64,000 nt of DNA from NCBI RefSeq assembly GCF_009914755.1, contig NC_060936.1; one strand, given 5' to 3'. Made by a program: the position numbers and the translations under genes. This document shows positions 14,271 to 25,659 of the stretch, piece by piece. Within the stretch, counting starts at the first letter, position 1; each line of letters starts with the position of its first letter. The notes below the pieces were generated by a model. That model was given only the letters and a program-made list of their open reading frames with translations. It was not told the origin of the DNA and ran no database searches. Origin of the DNA: the human T2T-CHM13v2.0 reference genome, Homo sapiens.

Positions 14271-15093
14271 AGTACCACTATTACTTCTACTAGTACTACT
14301 AGTAGTAGTACTAATGTTATTATTACTACCTAGGAGATTATTTGCTAACATTAGTATCAGCAATATAGCTCTCTACTCTTGAATAGTTAGTAAACTTTTA
14401 CCTGGAAATCATTTACTTTTTAAAGTTGAATTAATGACAACAGTTCTACCATCCAGGATTAAATGAATTGATTATCATTTTAATTAGCACCTTAGTGAAT
14501 GTAAGAGTGTCTTACTTAGCTGTATGTAGGAAAAAAACTGAAGCAATGGTTGCTTAAGAAAAAAAAATATTTTTTTAATAGAAGACCAGAGATCATTGGA
14601 AACCTAGATTCCTTATGTCTTTCTCCCATTTCATACTTTGTATAAAGCTTCCATCCCCCAGTTTCTTTCATGATTCGAGATGGCGGCTAGAGTTTGAGCT
14701 AGAAGTCTTTTCACTGAGGAAAAGGAAAGGGAAGTGGAGCAAGACCCAAACAGCATCTATCTTCCATCTGAGTAGCACTTTAAAGAAGCTCTACAAAAGT
14801 GATAGCATCTGAATGTTTGTTATTTACTTGTGAAATGCAAACTACTGTTCATGATATAGAAACTCCATATGCTTGGATCTAGTTAATGTGGAGGTCAGTG
14901 ATCTCTCCCAGAAGATGTTTCAATTGTACCTTGAGAAAGAGTTTAAACTATTATACTATAAAAGGTCTAGAGATGTTAAAAAGTACAGAATAATATTTGG
15001 AAAATAATTAATAACTAAATATTGCCAAAGGATGTTGAAGACCTACTGAGAACTGATGCTAGGAAAGTAGTGTGCTGCTAGGACAAGAAGGTA

Positions 15094-15424
15094 TTCATGT
15101 CCTTTGTAGGGACATGGATGAAATTGGAAATCATCATTCTCAGTAAACTATCGCAAGAACAAAAAACCAAACACTACATATTCTCACTCATAGGTGGGAA
15201 CTGAACAATGAGAACACATGGACACAGGAAGGGGAACATCACACTCTGGGGACTGTTGTGGGGTGGGGGGAGGGGGGAGGGATAGCATTGGCAGATATAC
15301 CTAATGCTAGATGACGAGTTAGTGGGTGCAGCGCACCAGCATGGCACACGTATACATATGTAACTAACTTGCACATTGTGCACATGTACCCTAAAACTTA
15401 AAAGTATAATAATAATAAATAAAA
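15094..15424 (+). mobile_element. Young 5'-truncated L1PA2/L1PA3 (330 bp)
   Basis: 3'UTR aatgctagatgacGAGttagtgggtgcagcgcaccagc (GAG, not the Ta ACA); perfect TSD aagaaggtatt at 15085-15095 and 15425-15435. Confidence 0.95.
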
Positions 15425-15469
15425 AAGAAGGTATTTGTAATCTAAGATAGAATAAAATAAAAATTATAA

Positions 15470-15690
15470 TTTCTAACATGAATTGGGTACTTACTGCATG
15501 CCATGCACTTATAATGGTCCACAGAGAAGGTATATACTGTTCACATGTCCAGAAAGAAAACAAAATGACTACTGCTTCTAAGAGATTTTAGTGACCACCT
15601 AAAACCTCTAAAGTGTCAGCCTCAGTATCAGTAAGTGAATGGTAAAGTCAGCATCAGGATCAAATATAGGAGCTCTAATTCAAGAGCCAT
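15470..15690 (-). mobile_element. MIR SINE (degenerate)
   Basis: ttgggtacttactgcatgccatgcact...ctctaattcaagagcc. Confidence 0.5.
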
Positions 15691-16849
15691 CTTTCTTATT
15701 GGTATTTTTAATGCATGGAATGCTCACAATTTTATTTTCACAGTACATTATAGGTCTTTTTGAAACCATTCAAAATTTTAAGGAAAAATTTTAAAGTAAA
15801 ATTCTGAAAGCAGATTGAGAAATAGGAGAGATAAATGTTTAAAGGTGGCAAAGAGATCTAAAATATTCTATTTAATTATTCATTCATTTATTCATTGATG
15901 CTAAACATAGTGGGAATATGTGAGGTGAGTCTCCTACTTTTTTTGAGGTGTACAGTGTAGTGAACTTAAATACGTAAAATAGCATAGAAACACACATTGG
16001 CCAGGCGTTGCTAAAGAATAGGTCTTTTTCCAAAGTAGTGTTTACATGAGGGGTATTTTTATCCCTAATACAACTTTAAACTAAAAACTTGTTTTCTGGT
16101 ATGTCTCCCAGCAGGAAGAAATGAGATTTGATTGTTTCCCACTAAGGTTAAAGAATATAAGACATTTAGGAAATTGAAATTCAGTACAAAGTATAATTGA
16201 AACAACATATTCTAACAAACCAGATGCATTTTAATATAATTTGCTATAACAACTTATTTCTTTTTTAACATTTGAGAAGATGCTTGAGCAATTGATCCCA
16301 GACTATAGAAACTGATTCAAACTTGCTTCAATTATATTTTCAATATTGTTTCTATAATGAACCCCTTGTAAAAATGATTTAAATTACTATATATTTTCAG
16401 GCTCTTAGCATTTTAGAATAATCACCACCACATAATTGACAATATATATTATAAGCAATATTGATATTAAGTACTGTGACACCTGAATGGCTATTTCTCT
16501 TTCAGCATATTGGCTATAATACATTAAAATAACCAGAAAAGAAAGTATTCAAAATATAAAATTAGTTTTAAAAATTACTAACTGTTCAAAACCAGGGAAA
16601 ATAAGACAAAAAGCATTTTAATACTGAAGTACAGTTCTAACAAACAAAAAACTTATCTTACTTCATTTTATCTACTGTATTTTTCAAAGTTCATATATTC
16701 TCCCTAAATTCTCTGATACATGATAAAATTATTTTCAAAATGGTTGAGTTTTTTCATTTAGACGTGCTTTCACTAACATGTTGATCAAGTCTAGGTAAAT
16801 AACATAAGCACAATCAGCTTAGTCTTTTGTAGCATAAAAATTAGAGTAC

Positions 16850-17856
16850 TGAGAGGTGAAGCCAGATGGACTTCCTGGGTTGCGTGGGGACTTGGAGAAC
16901 TTTTCTGTCTAGCCGAAGGATTGTAAATGCACCTATCAGCACTCTGTGTCTAGCTAAAGGATTGTAAATGCACCAATCAGCACTCTGTAAAAATGCACCA
17001 ATCTGCAGTCTGTGTCTAGATAAAGGATTGTAAATGCACCAATCAGCACTCTGTAAAAATTCACCAATCAGCACTCTGTGTCTAGCTAAAGGATTGTAAA
17101 TGCACCAATCAGCCCTCTGTAAAAATGCGCTCTGTGTCTAGCTAGAGGATTGTAAATGCATCAATCAGCACTTTGTATTCCCAATGCACCAATAAGTGCT
17201 CTGTGTCTAGCCAAAGGACTGTAAATGCACCAATCAGCACTCTGTAAAAACGCACCAATCAGCACTCTGTGTCTAGCTAAAGGATTGTAAATGCACCAAT
17301 CAGCACTCTGTAAAATGGACCAATCAGTACTCTGTAAAACTGACCAATCAGCACTCTGTAAAATGGACCAGTCAGCAGGATGTGGGTGGGAACAAAAGGG
17401 AGTAGAAGCAGGCCACCCCAGCCAGCAGTGACAACCAGCTTGGGTCCCCTTCCACACTGTGGAAGCTTTGCTTTTTCACTCCTCACAATAAATCTTGCTG
17501 CTGCTCACTCTTTGGGTCCGCACTACCTTTATGAGCTATACCACTCACCGCGAGGGCCTGCAGCTTCATTCCTGAAGTCAGTGAGACCACAACCCACTGG
17601 GAGGAACAATCAACTCTGGACTTGCCACCTTTAAGAGTTGTAACACTCACTGCGAAGGTCTGTGGCTTCACTCCTGAAGTCAGTGAGAGCACGAACGCAC
17701 TGGAAGGAAGAAATTCCAGACACATCTGAACATCTGAAGGAACAAACTCCAGACACACCGTCTTTAAGAATTGTAACACTCACCACGAGGGTTGCGGCTT
17801 CATTCTTGAAGTCAGCGAGACCAGGAACCCACCAGAAGGAACCAATTCGGGACACA
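16850..17856 (+). mobile_element. Solo LTR12-family (ERV9) LTR
   Basis: TG...CA ends (tgagaggtgaagccag / ggacaca); perfect 4-bp TSD gtac; tandem U3 units tgtgtctagctaaaggattgtaaatgcaccaatcagcactc; AATAAA at 17487; U5 repeats gaagtcagtgagacc. Confidence 0.97.
16900..17375 (+). promoter_or_regulatory. LTR12 U3 enhancer array with about 12 CCAAT (NF-Y) boxes
   Basis: 12 intact CCAAT counted by eye plus 3 mutated (cctat, tcaat, ccagt); NF-Y binding to ERV9 U3 repeats is established. Confidence 0.75.
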
Positions 17857-17915
17857 GTACTAGCATTGTATGATTTAGCATTAGGTTTGCTGCATGTGAC
17901 ATGCTTAATCCAGAT

Positions 17916-17924
17916 ATCTCTCTT

Positions 17925-17956
<32 letters not shown>

Positions 17957-17975
17957 TGTATATACATAGATATAT
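17916..17975. repeat. Compound (TC)n(TG)n(TA)n microsatellite
   Basis: direct read. Confidence 0.9.
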
Positions 17976-18287
17976 AATTGTTATTATTATTATTCTTTTA
18001 CTTTACAGGGATCCCAGAAGAGCAAACAGTCCCGGACTAATAGAGTAGCTCTACAGTGCCATCAGAGCTGGAGGCCCCTTCTATTTGTTCATTCTGTCAT
18101 CCTTAACATGTTCTTTCATTGTTATGGTTTCAAATCTGTTCCACTTCAGTCACCATGCCAACAATCCAGTATAAAAATAAAGGAATGGAGAGAAAAAATA
18201 AAGATGTGCCCTTTTCTTTTTGGCACAATTATGATCCTATAATCTATATTACCCTTAACTGGCTTTTGCTGTAATAAAACCATAACA

Positions 18288-18400
18288 ACTGTAATCTCAA
18301 CTAATAGGGAGACAGAGGCAGGAGGATTACTTGAGCTCAGGAGTTTCAGCTTGGGCCACAAAGCAAGACCCAGTCTCTGAAAAAGAAACAAAACAACAAG
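18288..18400 (+). mobile_element. Alu monomer fossil (FLAM/FAM-like)
   Basis: ctgtaatctcaact...gaggcaggaggattacttgagctcaggagtt...gcaagacccagtctct followed by an A-rich tail. Confidence 0.75.
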
Positions 18401-19027
18401 ATACAACAATAAAATCGTAACAACAAAACACTAAGAAATCATTTCAGGTCAGTACATATTTACCACACAAAAACTAATGTAATATTAATGGATGTGTAAG
18501 TTTTAAAATTTTTTTTCATAAATGGAAGCAATGTTACAAGGGAAACACTTGGGAATGTCTTGCATTCTTGTGTGAGTATAACATTAGATAATTTTTTTAG
18601 AAATATAATGTCTAGGTAAAGGCATATAATATTTAAAATTTTGAAATATGTTGCCAAAATGTCCTCCAAATGTATTGATTCATAATTCTAACAGCAATGT
18701 TGAGTATATTTGTTCTTTTACACACATTTCAAAAATATATATTTTCAAACTTGTTATTGTTGCCAATTTTGTAGAATGAAATGGGTTTCATTATTTAGTT
18801 GGCATTTATTTAATTATGAGTGAGTTGAATACTATTTCGAATGTTTTGGGCCTTTTCTTTAACTTTTTATGGTTGAGAGTGACGTAAAATTATCTCATAC
18901 TTAAAGAGCATTCATAATACATTACTTTCATTTCAGGACAAATTATAATTATTTTGTGCATTTAGCATAATTATTTACCTTTTTTAGAACTGTAGGACAA
19001 AACATTTTAACTGTATCTAAGTGGAAA

Positions 19028-20579
19028 TGATGGCAGTGGTGGCCCTTCTGAAGTAGCTGCTGTGAAGATGCCAGTTGCAGCAGGGGAGGCATGGCTGAGA
19101 CTGTGCCCTCTGTGGAACTGGCAGGGGCTGGGAACCGGGGGAGCCCTGCCCCCTACCGAATTGGCAGGATGGGAGCACCGCCCTCCTGGGCACAGAAGCA
19201 GCCACCCAGCCATAGCTATGGACCCAGGTATCTCTGTGCTCTTGGGGGCCCAGGAAGCCCCTGCAGGCTTGAAAGTTCCTGCTCCCATTCCCAGCATCCA
19301 CTCCGGGACAGAGAAAAGTTGTGGCCAAGCCTGGGCACTGTCGCAACCCTGCCGGGTGTGCATGCACTTAGAGTGACTCTGACATGCCAGCTCCCTGCCT
19401 CCTTAGCACCCTCTGGACTTTGGGTGCTGACGAACATGGGAGGGAGGCTGAGGTGGGGACTAAGGGCAGCTTAGCGTGGGCCTTCCACCCCTTGGCACAA
19501 ACAGCCTGGGTGCTGTGGATGGCATGTTGATGGCAGGAGACAGACAGGTTCATGGGTGGAAAGGGGCAGATCCCTGGTGAAGCCCCACCTTCAAGCCAGG
19601 AACAGCCTGAAGCCTGTGGGCTGGGCTGCCAGTTCTGTGGAAGCCTGGTGAAGTCTGCCACCTGGAGTGAGAACTTATGCTGCTTTTCCAGGCCTCCCCA
19701 TGGCTGCCCATGGACCAATCAGCATGTACTTCCTCTCTTCTGAGCCCATAGAAACCCCAGACTCAATCACTTAAACAGACGTCAAGACTACCACTGCAGA
19801 AAGGTATTACTCCACTCACTGGGACAACTTGCCTGCAGAAAGGAGCTACCTACTGCGGATCTCCTCTCCACTGAGAGCTGGATACTTATTGGGATGACTT
19901 GCCTGTGGAAAGGAGTTACCCACTTCAGGTCTCCTAAGAACTGTTCTGTTGCTCAATGAAGCTCCTCTCTGCTTTGCTCACCCTTCAGTTGTCCACATAC
20001 CTCATTCTCCCTGGACATGGGACAAGAAACTTGGTAACCGCTGAATGGTGGGACTGAAAGAGCTGTAACACAAACAGGGCTGAAACACACCCTGCCCACA
20101 CACATTTGCATCGCATGGGCAATGAGAAGGAGAGAAGAACTGTGGCCCTATGAGGGGCCCAGGTCTAGGGGCTCCCTGAGCCAAGGCTGTGACAATCTCT
20201 TCAGGGCTCTCTGTTTCCTGGTGTCTCTAAGCTTCTGGGCACACCGTGTTCCCTTTGTCGAGACACGGAAGCCACATGCAGTACATCTGGTCCAGCTGCA
20301 GCCTTGCATGAATCTGCCCAGAGTGCCACAGCAACCAGCATGCCTAGCTCTGTGCAGTGCCCAGACCCCATCCTTGCTCACCCACACACCTCTCATCACT
20401 CTGCACTGGGCTGGCCCTTGGCAGCTGTGGGATTGAGCCTGGTGGCATGAGCTGAGCACAGCCTGCCAGGCTGAGTGGACAGAACTAGCCCAGCAGGCAT
20501 GAACCAAACTCAGGTGGAAGGCACCACTGACCACAGAGGTTTTTGGCTGGTGAACTGACACCCCAAGGATCCTGTGAAA
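19028..20579 (+). mobile_element. Solo MER52-family LTR (ERV1), ~1.55 kb
   Basis: starts tgatggcagtggtggccc, ends gacaccccaaggatcctgtga; GC-rich; internal repeats gcctgcagaaaggagctacc; accounts for the cluster of overlapping ORFs. Confidence 0.88.
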
Positions 20580-22109
20580 ACAACACTCATCACTTGTCTT
20601 ATCATTGAGTGTTTATGAGTTTAAAACTATTGATTAAACTACCTAATGCCCTGGGCTTTTTAGCTACTTAGACTTTGGGACAATAGTCAATTCAGATATT
20701 GGCATTTTTATATCAATACTTGCAGAAAAATTCATGGTACCATTGTAGTATCAATAAACATATTCTAAATAAATCTATGTTCATCCACACACATAGAATA
20801 ACACTTTTAACAAGTTTCATTAAGATGGATAAATATGACATCAAAAAGGCACGGCATGTTGTGTAGGTCACAGACTGCAAAAAGCAGATAATTTCAAATT
20901 CCAGCTTAATCATGAATAAGCCACATAATGTGATAAATATTTACTTGTTAATTCATGAATTTTACTTGACTTTCTGTCCTATGAAAAAAAATTAAGTCAA
21001 ATCCTTGCATAAATAACTGAAAATTATTTTCATTATCTGAAGGGCTATTAGGAAGATTTGAAATATTAATATAACAGAATCTCAACAAATATTTTATGCC
21101 ACTTTTAGAATGTTCTTTTGTTCAATAAACAAAATGGTTCTCAGTTGTCTTCTTTGTGGCATGTAAAGTCTGCTGCCTAAATTTCAAAGCTCATCACTGT
21201 CTTGATTTTTTTTCTCCACAATTTGCTAATTCCTTACTCTGATGTTATAATCTGCATAGACCTTACACTCAGGCAAGAGGAGTCCCACCCATGGGCCCCA
21301 CAGCTAGTAGAATTTGTATGTCAGAAATGCACACGCATAAAATAAGTTAATGAAAAACTTGTACACATCTCTCAGGAAGGAAGACAGCATTAAGCCTTAG
21401 AACATTGCAACCCGTAATCCTAAGTGTTTGCTCTCATGCTTTACAGCATTCATACTCCAGTGAATTTAATGTACACTCCCTTCACTTATATTCTGAAAAC
21501 AAAAATCACTGCATTCAAATGCTCTGAAGGTTTATAAATCAGAGATATTCAAGGTGAATTGCAGTCAGAATTTGTGCAGTGTTGTCCTTATTTGACTAAA
21601 AGACAAATAAATAGACTTGTCAAATATTTCCTTTCAAATGGCATGAATGGAATATATTCTTGTTTAACAAAGTGTCATTTCCCAGTATTGTCCAGCATCT
21701 AATTTCTGCCTTTTCTTTGTGTTTCAGTCTGTGGTTTAGGGGCTTCTCACAAATTAGCAATATATTCCCAACAGTTGTTTGGCAGCTGAGGAACATTTTG
21801 TACCTAAATACTTTCATTATATTTGTATATATGTAGGTATAGGCCTAACATGAACAAATCATGATACTGATTATTTACATGGGTGACCAGATGAGTATTG
21901 AACATTAAAATAGTGAGTCACTTTATTTTTGTAAAATTATGTATAAAATTTAATTAAATTTTTCAAAAAATAAATATACATTTTTAGAATTTCACCTACA
22001 TTCAAATAATTTTGATATATAAGTTAAAATGTTTAGACATAAGATATGTGAGCTCTACTTGAATTGTTTCTAAAAGTCTAGCAAATTCCAAGGGCAGATC
22101 TGTTTAGTC

Positions 22110-22332
22110 CAGGGTGTCCAAACTTTTGGCCTCCCTGGGCCACATAGGAAGAAGAAGAACTGTCTTGGGCCACACGTAAAATACACTAATACTAACAATA
22201 ACTGATGAGCTTAAAAAAAAAGTCACAGAAAATCTCATAATGTTTTAAGAAAATTTATGAGTTTGTTTTGGGCTCCATTCAAAGCTGTCCTGGGCCATAT
22301 AAGGCCTGCAGGCCATGGGTTGAAGAAACTTT
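22110..22332. mobile_element. MER30 (hAT-Charlie non-autonomous DNA transposon)
   Basis: cagggtgtccaaacttttggcctccctgggccaca...; 8-bp TSD gtttagtc / gtttagtt as expected for hAT; appears to interrupt an L2-like tail. Confidence 0.92.
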
Positions 22333-22651
22333 GTTTAGTTCATGTTATTTGTGCTTCCTAGGTTGTAGCAACCATTAGGAGCAGGCATTTTATTGATCAG
22401 AATTGTGGTATTACTACTTGTGCTTATGCAAGTGGGCTTCAGGTTCGGATGGAAAAAAGCAACAATAAAATTACAGGATGAAGTGATAGTAGTTATCCTT
22501 GGTGACACATTTATTTCATAAAGAAGCTTAGAAATCTGTACCCTTTTATCACTGTTATCTCAAGGGTACTTAGAATCTTTATGTGAATTGGCAGAGAGAC
22601 TACTCTGGTTTACCTAAGGTGGAAAGGTTATGCATGTATGTGTGCATGTAT

Positions 22652-22652
<1 letters not shown>

Positions 22653-22704
<52 letters not shown>
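22653..22704. repeat. (TATC)13 tetranucleotide STR
   Basis: 13 uninterrupted units. Confidence 0.97.
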
Positions 22705-22707
<3 letters not shown>

Positions 22708-22941
22708 TTATCCATCAACTGGTTGAGAATTTTGAATGTGTGTAACTAAGGGAAGAATCTGGCCCTCCTGGCTCAAGAACTTTTAATAGTATTGGATTGA
22801 AACCCAGTGAGGGAGCATTAAAGTTTGTTCAGTTACTGAGAACATGTAGCCTCAATCACCTTTGCCTTTGTGTCTTCGTTTTCATCTCTCGGCTTTCACC
22901 TTCTCTATGAAGCAGTGACAGAAATCACAAATGTGGTGCAG

Positions 22942-23449
22942 CATGGAAGTTCAGTCAGGCCAGTGGGAAAAATTTTAAAGATAGTTATAAGAAATAGACA
23001 CAAACCTTCTTGGAAGGCTGGAGGGGGGTTTCATAAGCTCCACTAATAGATCAGGCTGAAGGCAGCCTAATTCTTACCTTGAGTTAATAGCTCAGGGTGC
23101 AGATACAAAGGAATGTAGAGTAGTTTATCTAAATACCTTGTTTACTCCTGTGGTCCTAAGACCAGCCTTTGATCAACCTTGAGTACATAACTGCTCTCTA
23201 TTCAGGAAGTTGCAATGTCACAATGACAATTACCCTCTAGTGGTGTTTACTCAAGACCTTTGTCATTTAATCTATACTGAATAAATGCGAGCTTTGCTGG
23301 CTGATAGGGCTGTGGCTGCAACTCTACAGCACCATCCTTGGTGCAGGTAAGTGGCCCAGACCCTCTGCAGGACTGACAGGCAAAATATCTGTGTCAGTGT
23401 ATGTTATTCATCCATCCTTAGGTCAGGGTCTGTGGAATAGACCTCTGCA
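22942..23449 (+). mobile_element. Solo LTR22 (HERV-K22/HML-5)
   Basis: gttcagtcagg..gtgggaaaaattttaaagatagttataagaaatagacacaaaccttcttggaagg; AATAAA at 23280; ends ggtcagggtctgtggaatagacctctgca. Confidence 0.88.
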
Positions 23450-23659
23450 GTGTGAGGTAGGGGTTGGGGGGCACAGGTTGTTATAAAGTCCTTATTTGCC
23501 CTGGTTAAACACTCCCTGTTGCACTACTATTAAAATTTGCACTTTAATGCAGTGAATGTCAAAAACTTTATTTCTTTTTCTAAAAATTATAATTTTGGTT
23601 AAATTTTGAGTCATCACTATATGTCAAATATTCTGTTAGAACATTTTCCATTCACTACC

Positions 23660-23910
23660 TGAGGAATCCTGCTAAAAATTAATGAGCTAAAGGTACAGGC
23701 CCTACAGCTAAACTTCTTGAGTTAAATTCTCAGTGCCTACTCTTGCTAACCTCTCTAAGCCTAGATTCCTAATCTGAGAAGTAAAGACAATAATAGCACC
23801 CTCCTCAGGAGGGAGTTGTGAGGGTATTTCAGTTAGTATTTATTAGATACTTAGAACTATGTCTGATATATTGTAAGCACTCATTACATATTATCTACTA
23901 TCATTACTCT
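23660..23910 (+). mobile_element. MIR SINE
   Basis: aacctctctaagcctagattcctaatctgagaagtaaagacaataatagcacc...gttgtgagg. Confidence 0.75.
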
Positions 23911-24038
23911 GCTGTAATGTTGGTTATTTTTCCTTGTTGGTTGGTTTCCTCTTTTCTGGATATAGTCTGAAGCCAGCAAATAATTTTAATTGTTATTATT
24001 ATATTTTTGCAAACTAGGGCCATGTAGTTAAATCCATA

Positions 24039-24394
24039 TGTTATGGCTTAAATGTTCCTGTCCCTCCAAAGTGCCTATGCTTAATTTTATTCTCCAATGC
24101 AATGGTACTCAGCAGGGGGTCCTCTGAGAGGTAATTAATAAGGTCTTGAGAGCTCTCTCCTCATGAGCAGGATTAGTTCACTTATAAAAGAGGCTCTAGG
24201 AAACCCTTTTCGCCTTCCATAGGACAACACAGCAAGAAAGTAACATTTATAAAGCAGAAGATACTCATCAGATATTGAATGTGCTGATGCCTTATCTTGG
24301 ACTTCTCAGCCTTCAGAACTGTGAGCAATTTCTGTTATTTATAAGTTACCTAGTCTATGATATTTTGTTATGGTAGCCCAAATGAGCTGAGACA
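24039..24394 (+). mobile_element. Solo MaLR LTR (MLT1A-like)
   Basis: tgttatgg...gagaca ends; cttggacttctcagccttcagaactgtgag; 5-bp TSD ccata/tcata. Confidence 0.9.
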
Positions 24395-25659
24395 TCATAC
24401 ACATCAGTCTAATTTAGCTATTTACACATTCTAAAGTTAGATATATGGAAAAGTTAGGGTTAAATAGCTACTGCCAGACAACATACTTACAAAATACTAC
24501 TTATGAATAAGGACTTTCATATACAGACACAGGTAATAAACTTTTCTATAACAGCCCCATCATTTAAACATTAATCTTTTTATGAAGAGTGAATACTCAA
24601 TTGACTTTTCAAGACATTTTTTGCAAGAAATAAAATATAACTGCTAATGTCCTAGAGATATAGATATCCTCAGAGTACACACTAAATGATTGTTAAGATG
24701 TGGGGGGAACATTAATCTACTATATCACTACATGTAAATGGTGCCCCCTTTTGGATGATAAATCTGAACTAATATAATCTAAAATAATGAATTATAAAAC
24801 CAGGGAATGTTTTCCTATTAGTTATATAATGTATTTAAAGTCATTTTCTTTTAAAAAAGTGATGGCAACTTTAATAGATAATAATATGTATCTATTATTA
24901 GATAATGCTTGTAAGGCTCTGAATTATAAAACTAATGGTAAATTTTGTCAGTTCTTAATTTTTTGGCAGACCACAAGTACATTAATAAATTAAATCAATA
25001 AATTAAAGAGTTAGCAGCATAATAAAAATTGAAGGTATCATTGATATGATTGTCACATTAATGTATTCGTTTATAATAAATTAGAAATAATTGTGTAATG
25101 TTGCAGAAAAATCATCCTCTCTTTTATGTATTTCTTCCTTCTCTTTTATGTATTTCTTTCTCTTAAAAACTTTGGATGCCTTTTTTTTTTTTTTTTTAAT
25201 GATAGCCTTTGACTTGGAACCATCTGTAGGGTGCACTGTATTTCTGTTATATAGCTCAGCGGGGAACTTTAACACATCCTGTAGGGCACTTAGTGTATAG
25301 TATCAATTTGTTCTGCTGACAAAATGACTCATTTGTTGCTTTGTTCTCTGTTATCTTATTTTGTCTTCTTGTATTATTGTTTTTATTCAGATGGTAAATA
25401 ACAATTTAGTGTAATTAAAAGTCACTTACTGTCAGTGAAGAATCATACAAATTCTTCTAATGGAAACCTCTTAACGTCTTCATAAAATAATGTACTAATA
25501 AAAGACTTTGTAGTTTCCTTTTTTTCACACCAAACAATTCTCGGGCAGCATTTTTTAAGTTTTATTGGGACATAAGAGTCAAATACAGCTTCTTTTTTCA
25601 AATTTAGAGAGAATGATCAATAGTTTCTAACAGATACCTATTCCATAAATTTGAGTGAG

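Noticed and set aside
14261-14330. (TAC)/(TAG) palindromic low-complexity patch
   Set aside because: Simple expansion of a MIR tail; the short palindrome is expected from its composition
16900-17375. Regular repeat array superficially like a CRISPR array
   Set aside because: No unique spacers or cas genes; it is the U3 tandem repeat of an LTR12 in primate DNA
19007-20561. Dense overlapping ORFs on both strands, CpG-island-like region
   Set aside because: Explained by the GC-rich MER52 LTR; CpGs are largely decayed and no recognisable protein is encoded
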